Assembly (NCBI GenBank): GCA_043800755.1
Contig: JAZDMQ010000016.1
Location: 1-25,137 of the forward strand
Reading direction: 5' to 3'
Origin: a bacterium
GTDB lineage: Bacteria; Methylomirabilota; Methylomirabilia; CAVQYV01
Length of the DNA: 25,137 bases
The position numbers and the translations under genes are program-made. The notes under the pieces are model-generated. The model made no database searches and was not told the origin of the DNA. It saw only the letters and a program-made list of their open reading frames with translations. Every line of letters starts with the position of its first letter. Positions within the stretch are counted from its first letter, which is position 1. Shown piece by piece: positions 16,719 to 25,134 of this stretch.

Positions 16719-18008
16719 CTAAAGGAGGCGATGGGCCTTTAGGATCTCCATCGCCCTCCGGAGCTGCAGGTCCTTGTTCAGGTCCAGGTCCTTCTTTCCG
16801 ACCATCTCCTCCGCTCCCATCCCCTCGTCCTCGGAGATCTTGGGCTCTGTCCCCTTCGTTTCCAGCTCCCTGTGCTTGAGAGGCTTGGCCCCCGCCTCCC
16901 CCTCGGCCTTGGGCTCTTCCACCAGGATATCCGGGGTGATGCCTTTACCCTGGATCATCTTTCCCAGTGGGGTGTAGTACTTGGCGGTAGTGAGGCGGAG
17001 CGCAGAGTGGTCTTCCAGCTCGATAATGGTCTGGACCGAGGCCTTGCCAAAGGAGGGCGATCCCAGGACGGCCGCCCTTTTCCAATCCTGGAGGGCGCCG
17101 GCCACGATCTCGGAGGCGCTCGCCGAACCGCCGTTGATCAAGACCACCATGGAGAAGCGAGACCCCTTCTTCTGACCCGAACGCGCCGCATATTCGCGCC
17201 GGTCCTCGCTGCGCCCCTGGGTGTAGACCACCAATTTCCCCTTTTCCAGGAACTGGTCGGCCACCTGAATGGCCTGGTCGAGAAGTCCGCCGGGGTTGTT
17301 CCGCAGATCGAGGATGAGTCCATTCATCTCATTGCCGGGCGCCCCCCCCAGGGCCTTCTGCAGATCTTCAGAGGTCCTTTCCTGGAAGGAGGCGATGCGT
17401 ATATAGCGGATGCCGTCCTCCAGCTCTCTGGCCCGCACGCTCTTGACCTTGATGACCTCCCGGGCCAGGATGAAGTCCCGGGGCGTCTGGTCCTCGCCTC
17501 GCAGGATGCTGAGGGTAACCTTGGTCCCCCGGGGCCCCCGCATCTTGGAGACCGCGTCGTGCAGGGTCATATCTTTGGTGGGCTGGCCGTCGATCTTGAT
17601 GACGCGATCTCCGGCGAGGATCCCGGCACGCTCAGCCGGGGTTCCCTCGATGGGGGCCACCACTGTCAGCTGATAGTCCTTGACCGTGATCTCGATCCCC
17701 AGGCCCTCAAAGCTCCCCCGGGTATCCACCTTCATCTCGCTATACTGCTCGGGGGTCAGATAGGAGCTGTAGGGGTCCAAGGTCTGCAGCATGCCCTTGA
17801 TGGCCCCCCGGACCAGATCCTTCAGCTCCACCTTCTCCACATAATTGTTCTGGATCAGGAAGAGCACATTGTTGAAGACCTTGAGCTGGGGATAAGGTTC
17901 CTGGACGGCCACTGAGTTCGGCCCCGCGCCTCCACCCAAGAGGAAGAAGGAGAGGATCAGTGCCCCCAGTGCGAGTTTGACGATTCGGTTGCTCAATCCC
18001 TGCTTCAT
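16719..18008 (-). CDS. ctpA: Carboxyl-terminal processing protease (S41A, PDZ)
   Basis: LDPYSSY, GLGIEI (PDZ), DLRNNPGG, catalytic SASASEI and GKASVQ, IQGKGITPD. Confidence 0.95.
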   Translation of the reverse strand: MKQGLSNRIVKLALGALILSFFLLGGGAGPNSVAVQEPYPQLKVFNNVLFLIQNNYVEKVELKDLVRGAIKGMLQTLDPYSSYLTPEQYSEMKVDTRGSFEGLGIEITVKDYQLTVVAPIEGTPAERAGILAGDRVIKIDGQPTKDMTLHDAVSKMRGPRGTKVTLSILRGEDQTPRDFILAREVIKVKSVRARELEDGIRYIRIASFQERTSEDLQKALGGAPGNEMNGLILDLRNNPGGLLDQAIQVADQFLEKGKLVVYTQGRSEDRREYAARSGQKKGSRFSMVVLINGGSASASEIVAGALQDWKRAAVLGSPSFGKASVQTIIELEDHSALRLTTAKYYTPLGKMIQGKGITPDILVEEPKAEGEAGAKPLKHRELETKGTEPKISEDEGMGAEEMVGKKDLDLNKDLQLRRAMEILKAHRLL

Positions 18009-18036
18009 GCCCTAAGCCTCCCGAGCTGGCATTCCC

Positions 18037-19260
18037 TCATGGACTAGGGACCAGCCATTGTAAAGGATCCACTGGCCTTCCATTCTGTCGGATCTCGAAA
18101 TGGAGACGCGGCCCCTCGGGGGAGCCAGTGTCCCCCACCCTTCCGATGACCTGACGAGGAGACACCTTATCCCCCACCTTCACCAATAATTCTGAGGTAT
18201 GGGCATAGAGAGAGAAGAATCCCTGCCCATGGTCGATGATGGCCATCTTGCCATAGCCCCGGAACCAGTCCGCAAAGAGCACGATCCCTTCGAAGACCGC
18301 GGCGATCTCTTGGCCCAGGGGCGCCCCGATATCAATGCCCTTGTTGAGGGTAAAGGTATGATAGCGTGGGTGTTCTTGCCGACCAAAGGCGACCAGGAGT
18401 TCACCCTGCGCGGGCCATGCTAATTTACCCCTGGCCGCAGCGAAATGCAAGCCCTTCAGGTAGACCACATCCGCCCCTCGGGGAGTGGACGCCTGCAGGG
18501 CCTTCATCTTTCTCTGCAGTTGGCCGATCAGGACCTGGAGGGCCGCCGAGGATTGCTGCAATTCGGAGAGGCGCCGCAGACGATTCGCCTTGTCCTTCTT
18601 CACCTGGGCCAGCAGCCGCCTCTTTTCTGTCTCATCCTGGGCAATCTCTTCCTGCTTGGCCTTCAAGGCGCGCTGGCTGGAGTTTAGGTTCAACAGCTGA
18701 CGCGCCACCCCCTCCTTCTTCTCCTTGTGGGCCTCAATCGCCAGCTTGAAGTTTTGGATCAGTTGGCGATCCTGATGGGCGATGGCCTGAAGGTAGCGAA
18801 GGTTCACGGCAGCCTGCTGGATGCTATTGGCAGAGAAGAGGAGGCCGGTAAGGTTCATCTTCCCTTGTTTGTAGATGGCCCGCAGGCGGCTCGCCAGAAG
18901 GGATTTCGCCTGGGTCAAATGGGCCTGGGAGGCCTCAATCTCTTTGTTCAATTGGCTCACTCGGCCCTGGGTATGCACGATGTCCCTTTGCAGTTTGGCG
19001 GCCTCCCGCTTCTTCTCCTCCAGTTGCTTCTTGATCTTGGTCAGATCGAGGCCGATCCTCTTCTCTTGCCGGGCATCCTCGTGTACCCTCTCTTTTTCGG
19101 TGGCGATCTTTCTCTTGATCTTTTGCAGGTTCTTGCGTCCCTGCTCCAACCGGTCCTCGATCGCCTCGTCCTGGGAGAGGGCGGAAGCGGTGGCCGGGTG
19201 CGAGAGGAACAAGAAGAGGAAGATGAGGAAGACGCGCCGAGGCCATACGATCTGGTTCAT
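18037..19260 (-). CDS. envC: Murein hydrolase activator EnvC (coiled coil plus M23/LytM)
   Basis: Signal peptide, long coiled coil, WPAQG...NKGIDIGA...GYGKMAIIDHG...LYAH...LHFEIR. Directly downstream of ftsX. Confidence 0.88.
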   Translation of the reverse strand: MNQIVWPRRVFLIFLFLFLSHPATASALSQDEAIEDRLEQGRKNLQKIKRKIATEKERVHEDARQEKRIGLDLTKIKKQLEEKKREAAKLQRDIVHTQGRVSQLNKEIEASQAHLTQAKSLLASRLRAIYKQGKMNLTGLLFSANSIQQAAVNLRYLQAIAHQDRQLIQNFKLAIEAHKEKKEGVARQLLNLNSSQRALKAKQEEIAQDETEKRRLLAQVKKDKANRLRRLSELQQSSAALQVLIGQLQRKMKALQASTPRGADVVYLKGLHFAAARGKLAWPAQGELLVAFGRQEHPRYHTFTLNKGIDIGAPLGQEIAAVFEGIVLFADWFRGYGKMAIIDHGQGFFSLYAHTSELLVKVGDKVSPRQVIGRVGDTGSPEGPRLHFEIRQNGRPVDPLQWLVPSP

Positions 19261-19261
19261 C

Positions 19262-20161
19262 TCAGGTCGCAAAGAACCTCCTGATGGAGAGCAGGCCCCC
19301 GCCTCCCCCGATGAGGCCGCCGGCAACCAGGGTGAGCAATTGATAGGGGGCCTTGAGAAACTGGAGCTTGATGAGACCTAAAGAGGCGGCGGAGGAGAGG
19401 TCGATCCGCCAGAGGATGATCCAGAAAGAGAGGAACAGAATGAGCAGGGAGAGGGTGGCGCCGATGAGCCCTTCCAGAATCCCCTGGAAGAGGAAGGGGA
19501 TCCGAATGTAGGACCAGGAGGCCCCGACCAAGCGCATCACCTCGATTTCCTCCGCTCGGCTATAGATGGTGAGACGGATGGTGTTGGAGACGATGAGGAT
19601 GGAGGCCAGGAGCAAGAGGGCCCCCAGGCCGATACCTGCCAGCCTCAGTAATCGAATAATCAGTGAAAGCTGCTCGACCCACTCCTGGCCGTAGAGGACA
19701 TCTTCCACCCCGTCCAACTTCTTGAGCGTCTGGGCCAATTGCTGCAGCATCTGGGGGCTCTGGTAGGCCTCGTTCACCCGAACCTGGAAAGAGGCGGGCA
19801 GAGGATTGTAGCCCAACCCCTCCAGCAGGCCTTCCTGGCCCCGCAGATCCCGCTTGAAATCGGCCAGGGCCTGCTCCTTGTTGATATAGGAGGAAGACTT
19901 GATTGCCTTCTCCGAGGAGATCCCCTTCTTCAAAGAGGCGATCTGGGTGGAAGAGAGGCCATCCTTCAAGAAGACCGTCATCTGCACCCCTTCTTTCCAT
20001 TGGGAGACGACGGTGCTCAGGTTGGAGGAGATGAGCAGGAAGACCCCCATGATGAGGAAGGAGGCCGCGATGGTCCCGATCGAGGCGAGACCTCCCCAGC
20101 CGCTTCGCTTCAAGCTGCGGAGGGCCTCCCTCAAAGCGTATTTAAAAAGGGCGAGAGACAC
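19262..20161 (-). CDS. ftsX: Cell division permease FtsX
   Basis: GTG 20161 with SD GGAGG. Four-TM layout, NPLPASF, SNTIRLTIYSRAEEIEVMRLVGA, PFLFQG. Confidence 0.95.
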   Translation of the reverse strand: MSLALFKYALREALRSLKRSGWGGLASIGTIAASFLIMGVFLLISSNLSTVVSQWKEGVQMTVFLKDGLSSTQIASLKKGISSEKAIKSSSYINKEQALADFKRDLRGQEGLLEGLGYNPLPASFQVRVNEAYQSPQMLQQLAQTLKKLDGVEDVLYGQEWVEQLSLIIRLLRLAGIGLGALLLLASILIVSNTIRLTIYSRAEEIEVMRLVGASWSYIRIPFLFQGILEGLIGATLSLLILFLSFWIILWRIDLSSAASLGLIKLQFLKAPYQLLTLVAGGLIGGGGGLLSIRRFFAT

Positions 20162-20816
20162 CTCTCTCCTCCACAATCCGCCCCTTGTGCAGGCTGATCT
20201 GGTGATCTCCCATGCGGCCCAGTTCCGGATCGTTGGTGGCGATCAGGATAGTGGTCCCCCGCAGGTTGATCTCTTTAAGAAGTCCCAAGACCTCCCGGGT
20301 CAGTTCCGGGTCGAGATCGCCGGTCGGCTCATCGGCCAGCAGGATAAAGGGATCGTGAATCAAGGCCCTTGCAATGGCCACCCGTTGTTGTTCTCCCCCA
20401 GAGAGCTGGTAGGGGATGAGGTGGGCCTTGGAGGCCAGGTTCACCAGGGCCAGGGCCTGCCCCACCCTCCTTTTCTCCTCGGCCCTGGAATGGCCCAGGA
20501 TGCGGCAGACGAAGGCCAGGTTCTCATAGACCGACCGATCCTTGAGCAGCTTGAAGTCCTGAAAGATGATGCCCATGGACCTGCGAAGCAGGGGCAGGGA
20601 GACCTCGTGCAGCCGGACTACATTCTTCCCGTTCACCAGGATCTGCCCTTCCGTGGGCACCTCGTCCCCATAGAGCAGACGGAGCAAGGTGGTTTTGCCC
20701 GCCCCGCTGGGTCCGGTGAGGTAGACGAGCTTCCCTTTGGGAATGTGGAGGTTGATGTCGATGAGGGCCGTGACATTCCCATTGTAAGTCTTGCTCACAT
20801 GAAACATCTGGATCAT
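20142..20816 (-). CDS. ftsE: Cell division ATP-binding protein FtsE
   Basis: GPSGAGKTT, FQDFKLL, LSGGEQQRVAIARA, LADEPTG. Adjacent to ftsX. Confidence 0.93.
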   Translation of the reverse strand: MIQMFHVSKTYNGNVTALIDINLHIPKGKLVYLTGPSGAGKTTLLRLLYGDEVPTEGQILVNGKNVVRLHEVSLPLLRRSMGIIFQDFKLLKDRSVYENLAFVCRILGHSRAEEKRRVGQALALVNLASKAHLIPYQLSGGEQQRVAIARALIHDPFILLADEPTGDLDPELTREVLGLLKEINLRGTTILIATNDPELGRMGDHQISLHKGRIVEERGVSRPF

Positions 20817-21817
20817 GTCTTAGAGGCAACCTTGGGGAAGGATTTCTTTCGGAGGAGGATGTCCCTGGCGGCTTGCACGATGGCCTCGGTGGTGAGCCCA
20901 AAACGCTCCAGAAGCTGAGCCGGCCTTCCCGAGATGCCGAAGCAGTCCCGAATCCCGATGCGGACGAGAGGCACCGGTTCCCTTTCCATTAGGAACTCGG
21001 CCACGGCCGAGCCCAGTCCCCCAATGATGGAATGCTCCTCCGCGGTAACGATCACCCCCGTCTGGCGCGCAGCGGCCAGGATCTCTTCTTCATCCAGGGG
21101 CTTGATGGTGGAGCAATTGACGACCCGCGCCCCCACGCCCTCCTTCCGCAAGATCTCGGAGGCCTCCAGGGATCGGGAGACCATCAGGCCCGCGCTGATG
21201 ATGGTCAGGTCATCTCCCTCGCAGAGGCGTGGCGCCTTGCCGATTTGGAAGGCACAGGAGTCGGTGAAGCAGACAGGAAACTTCTCCCGGGAGAGCCGGA
21301 TAAAGACCGGCCCGGAAAAGGAGGCGGCGAACTCTACCGCCCTGGCGGTCTCGTAAGCGTCTGCCGGGACGATGACCGTCATGTGGGGTAAGATGCGCAT
21401 GAGGGCGATGTCTTCGATAGAGATGTGAGATCCCCCATCCTCCCCCACGGTAAGTCCCCCATGGCTGGCGACGAGCTTGACATTCATGCGAGGGTAGCAG
21501 ACGGATTGGCGGATCTGCTCCCAAGCCCTTCCGGTCTCGAAGATGGCGAAACTGCTGGCGAAGGGAATCTTGCCGGAGGCGGCCAGGCCAGCGGCCGTGC
21601 CCACCATGTTTGCCTCCGCCACGCCACAATTGAAAAAACGATCGGGGAACTCCTGGGCGAAGAGGAGGGTGCGGGTGGAGGCGGACAGGTCCGCGTCCAA
21701 CACCACGATATCGGGATTGGACCGGCCCAACTTCACCAGGGTTTCCCCATAGGCATCTCTGGTTGAAAGAAGGTCGTTCAGGTCCATCTCCATCTCGGTT
21801 TCAGGGGTTGAGGCCAA
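20813..21817 (-). CDS. Transketolase, C-terminal subunit (pyrimidine-binding plus C-terminal domains)
   Basis: TRDAYG, LDADL, GVAEANM, GEDGGSH, IKPLD, EEHSIIGGLG. The start may instead be ATG 21793 or 21787. Confidence 0.93.
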   Translation of the reverse strand: MASTPETEMEMDLNDLLSTRDAYGETLVKLGRSNPDIVVLDADLSASTRTLLFAQEFPDRFFNCGVAEANMVGTAAGLAASGKIPFASSFAIFETGRAWEQIRQSVCYPRMNVKLVASHGGLTVGEDGGSHISIEDIALMRILPHMTVIVPADAYETARAVEFAASFSGPVFIRLSREKFPVCFTDSCAFQIGKAPRLCEGDDLTIISAGLMVSRSLEASEILRKEGVGARVVNCSTIKPLDEEEILAAARQTGVIVTAEEHSIIGGLGSAVAEFLMEREPVPLVRIGIRDCFGISGRPAQLLERFGLTTEAIVQAARDILLRKKSFPKVASKT

Positions 21818-21863
21818 CAGAGCACGCTACGGTAAATCCGCAAATGTCGAGCTTTTCAAGCCG

Positions 21864-22691
21864 CTAAGCGCCCAACTCTTTCAGGGCCCTTTGCAGCTCC
21901 TCCGGGGTGGGGGCGATGCCGTGATACTTTACCTGGTTTTCCATAAAGGAGACCCCCTTCCCCTTGATGGTGTGGGCGATGATCAGGCTGGGTCGGCCCT
22001 TCACCCCTTGACATCGATCCAGCGCCGGGAGGAGCTGGGAGAAATCGTGTCCATCCACCTCCATGACCTCCCATCCAAAACTCCTCCATTTATCCGCCAC
22101 CGGGGCGATGGACATCACCTCCAGTACCCGCCCGTCGATCTGCAGCTTGTTGAAGTCCAAGATCGCGCACAGGTTGTCGAGCTTATAGTGGGAGGCTGCC
22201 ATGGCCGCTTCCCAGTTTTGTCCTTCCTGGATCTCCCCATCCCCCAAAAGCACATAGATCCGGACCTCCCGCTGATCCAGACGGGCTGCCAGGGCCATGC
22301 CATTGGCAACGGATAGGCCTTGCCCCAGGGAGCCGGTCGAGAAGTCAATGCCGGGGAGGGTCCTCATATCAGGGTGCCCCTGCAGTCGGCTGTCAATCTG
22401 GCGCAGGGTCATGAGCTCTTTCTCGGGAAGATAGCCGGCCATGGCCATTGCGGCGTACAGGGCGGGCACCGCATGGCCTTTGGAGAGGACGAACCGATCC
22501 CGATCCCTCCAGGTGGGATCTTGCGGGCGGTGCCGCATCTGGCAGAAGTAGAGGGCAGTCACGATGTCCGCCGCCGAAAGGGAACCCCCGGTATGCCCGG
22601 AGCTGGCCGCGGTGAGCATCTTCAGGATATGAATGCGAATCTGACGGGCCTTCTCTTGCAGGCCCTCGATTCGGGAGTCAAACTCCGCCAA
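21864..22691 (-). CDS. Transketolase, N-terminal subunit (TPP-binding)
   Basis: SGHTGGSLS, DRFVLSKGHA, LQGHP, GSLGQG, GDGEIQEGQNWE, TIKGKG. TTG start with SD GAGGAG. Confidence 0.95.
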   Translation of the reverse strand: MAEFDSRIEGLQEKARQIRIHILKMLTAASSGHTGGSLSAADIVTALYFCQMRHRPQDPTWRDRDRFVLSKGHAVPALYAAMAMAGYLPEKELMTLRQIDSRLQGHPDMRTLPGIDFSTGSLGQGLSVANGMALAARLDQREVRIYVLLGDGEIQEGQNWEAAMAASHYKLDNLCAILDFNKLQIDGRVLEVMSIAPVADKWRSFGWEVMEVDGHDFSQLLPALDRCQGVKGRPSLIIAHTIKGKGVSFMENQVKYHGIAPTPEELQRALKELGA

Positions 22692-22728
22692 ATCATCTCC
22701 TCTTTCCGATTCAAAGTTAGCTTATTAT

Positions 22729-22757
22729 ATTATACGGTCTTTCGGCCCAATTCGCAA
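22729..22757 (-). promoter_or_regulatory. Sigma70 promoter heading the long minus-strand gene run
   Basis: TTGCGA (22757-22752), 17-nt spacer, TATAAT (22734-22729). Confidence 0.7.
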
Positions 22758-22788
22758 TAGAAAACCAGGCGGCCAAATACTCAGTAAA

Positions 22789-22870
22789 CAGGCCTGGGTG
22801 GCGTTCTCTCCACTCTCGGGTAGAAGCGAAGGATACTTAATCCGCGAGAAAGGTTATCCACCCAGGCCTG
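22789..22870. repeat. 82-bp element with perfect 13-bp terminal inverted repeats (MITE-like or structured RNA)
   Basis: CAGGCCTGGGTGG (22789-22801) and CCACCCAGGCCTG (22858-22870). Confidence 0.6.
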
Positions 22871-23042
22871 ATGCAATGTAGGGAGCCCGGGGAATGGAAG
22901 ACTTGAAGCTGGTAAACAACATCAAGCTGCACGTCCCTCCCTCCCCTTCTTGCATATCCGGCAGCCCTGCTTGAAGCAGGAGTCGGCAGTGGATTAGCCA
23001 CAGCCACAAGAGGCCCAAGAGAATAGAGAGGGCCGCAGGTTC

Positions 23043-24800
23043 TTATGTTGAGGCGGGGACGGGTGCTTCTTCGACCCGTGGGGGCGGCGCGCCGAGAAAA
23101 ACCCTGAGGGCCTCTACCAGCAATAGAACCGCCAGTGTCACCAACACGATTGCCACCCATGGAACGGGGTCAGGCGTAAGTCCTTTGAAGACCCAGCTTG
23201 GCGTGAAGAACCCATTCCTGACGAATCGTAGCAGAGCCCACGCGCTCATAATATACATCCACAGAGCTGGCAATCCAGTCACCACGAAGACCCAGCGAGC
23301 GTTATACTTTCGATAGAGCCATACCGTCACGCCAAGCAAGGTCAACGCCGCCAGCAATTGATTGCTCGCGCCAAACAAGGACCAGAAGACCCTCCAGGCA
23401 GGAATCGGGTTGCCGGCCGCATCGGTCGTTTTTTGCATCACGAAGTAGAGGGGAACGCCAGCGGTCAAGGCGGTGGCAAACCACCTCCCGAACTTTCCGT
23501 GCCAGCCGGTGAGCTCTTGGATGATATACCGTCCCAGGCGCGTGCAAACATCGAGGGTATCGTAGACAAAGGTGGTAAAAGCCAATAGCCCGAACGAAAT
23601 GCCAAAAGCTGCCGGGATGCGGATCACCTCGAGGAAGCTTCCAATGCCCTGTGCGTAAATCAGGTTAGGCTTTCCGCTGAGAGCTGCTGCCGTCTCTTTT
23701 GAGAGCACCATCACGCAGCAAAGCGAGATCACCGCCACCATCCCTTCCATCAACATGGCACCGTAGCCAATCACCTTTGCGTCCGGCTCGCTCCGTAATT
23801 GCTTGGAGGTAGTGCCGGTAGCGATAATCGCATGAAAACCTGAGCAAGCGCCGCAGGCAACGGTGATGAATAGTATGGGAAACAGGGGAAACGGGTCCCC
23901 TTTGGGCGAATGCCAGATCCATCCGGTAAATTGAGGGTAAAGAATCGCCTTACCGCCGAACAGTATTCCCAGCATGCCACCTGCTAATGCCGCATAGAGG
24001 AAATACCCCCCCAGGTGGCCGCGCGGCTGGAGGAGTATCCACATCGGCATTAAGGAAGCGACGAAGCAGTAGAGCAGGAGAAGGGCGTCCCAGACCTTCT
24101 GCGCCTCCATATCGGAAATGCCAAGAAGGGAGGCGAGATCAAAAGGGATATACTGGCCGACCCAAATCGCTACCCCCACCAAAGGCAAGAAGATGATGGT
24201 TGCCCACTTCAGCGACAGTTTGGCGTAACGCATCAGCAGGCCCATGATCACTGGTAACGCCAGATAGAGAAGGGAGGAGGAAGCAATGCCACCGCCGCTG
24301 ACTTTCGTGCCGCTCTCCAGAGTCTGCCTACCTACGAAGGAACCCGCTACAATGTCAGTAAAGGCAACAATGACATAGACGAGCGCGATCCAGACGAAAG
24401 TGAGAAAGAGCACATAGGAGCGGGGGGTCATGTACTCTCGTACCACCTCGGCGATGGATCGAGCCTTGTGACGAATCGAAGCGACCAGTGCGGTCATATC
24501 ATGGACCGCGCCGATGAAGATACAGCCCACCAGGATCCAGAGTAGAGCCGGAACCCAGCCAAACATCACGCCGGCCAATATGGGGCCCACAATGGGGCCA
24601 GCAGCGGCTATAGCGGAAAAATGCTGACCCAAAAGGAACTTGGGACTGATCGGTACATAGTCTACATCGTCATTCATCACGACGGCAGGCGTTTTGGCAT
24701 TAGGATCCAGCCTCAAGAGCCGACTCAATGCGCCACCGTAAAAACGGAAGGCCAGCAAGAATAATACCGCAGCCAGTAGCACCACCATCACTAGGCTCAT
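23043..24800 (-). CDS. cstA: Carbon starvation protein A family transporter (peptide/pyruvate)
   Basis: TPAVVMNDDVDYVP, GQHFSAIAAAGPIVGP, GAVHD, LLQPRG, FPILFITVACGACSGFHA, GYGAMLMEG, TLDVCTRLGR, FGASNQLLA. ATG 24800 is better spaced from SD GGGGG than TTG 24806. Confidence 0.95.
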   Translation of the reverse strand: MSLVMVVLLAAVLFLLAFRFYGGALSRLLRLDPNAKTPAVVMNDDVDYVPISPKFLLGQHFSAIAAAGPIVGPILAGVMFGWVPALLWILVGCIFIGAVHDMTALVASIRHKARSIAEVVREYMTPRSYVLFLTFVWIALVYVIVAFTDIVAGSFVGRQTLESGTKVSGGGIASSSLLYLALPVIMGLLMRYAKLSLKWATIIFLPLVGVAIWVGQYIPFDLASLLGISDMEAQKVWDALLLLYCFVASLMPMWILLQPRGHLGGYFLYAALAGGMLGILFGGKAILYPQFTGWIWHSPKGDPFPLFPILFITVACGACSGFHAIIATGTTSKQLRSEPDAKVIGYGAMLMEGMVAVISLCCVMVLSKETAAALSGKPNLIYAQGIGSFLEVIRIPAAFGISFGLLAFTTFVYDTLDVCTRLGRYIIQELTGWHGKFGRWFATALTAGVPLYFVMQKTTDAAGNPIPAWRVFWSLFGASNQLLAALTLLGVTVWLYRKYNARWVFVVTGLPALWMYIMSAWALLRFVRNGFFTPSWVFKGLTPDPVPWVAIVLVTLAVLLLVEALRVFLGAPPPRVEEAPVPAST

Positions 24801-25031
24801 AAGCAATAGCCCCCTTTCTTTCTGTCCCTGTGTTCAGAAAAAAGTCAATCCAGTAAATCCTTCCGAGGCCTGAATTAACTTTCTCCAGGACCAGCGGCGA
24901 AAACGGCCGTTTTATTCCCTCAGTATTCCTCCTCGGAAATTGAATTGCGGCAAGACCATATCAGAAAATCATCCAGAGGACAACCGAAGAATACCACCCC
25001 AAGAACAGCGATAGAACTCCTCATGGGTCCC

Positions 25032-25134
25032 CTGAGAGACCGGGAGGCTCTTTTAAGAGTCCCAACGTCCCTGGGCTCTGTTCGCAAGAGGTTGGGATGA
25101 CTTTGGTTAGGTCCTCAGATGAACCTCCCCGTCT
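25032..25134 (-). ncRNA. Candidate structured RNA upstream of cstA, family not recognised
   Basis: Nested stems 25037-25050/25121-25134, 25060-25066/25091-25097 and 25076-25079/25087-25090, plus an alternative pairing 25032-25041/25110-25118. Confidence 0.35.

Noticed and set aside
7690..20918. Other long plus-strand ORFs (7690-8439, 8509-9444, 9639-10544, 13315-14226, 16872-17915, 19899-20918)
   Set aside because: All are antisense to well-supported genes and lack motifs.
20813..22691. Transketolase as a broken pseudogene
   Set aside because: Both halves are complete and match the known two-subunit transketolase type.
22761..23040. Integron attC sites, CRISPR repeats, 6S or SRP RNA
   Set aside because: No RYYYAAC/GTTRRRY ends, no regularly spaced direct repeats, and no SRP GGAAG-GAAGCAG core or recognisable 6S consensus.
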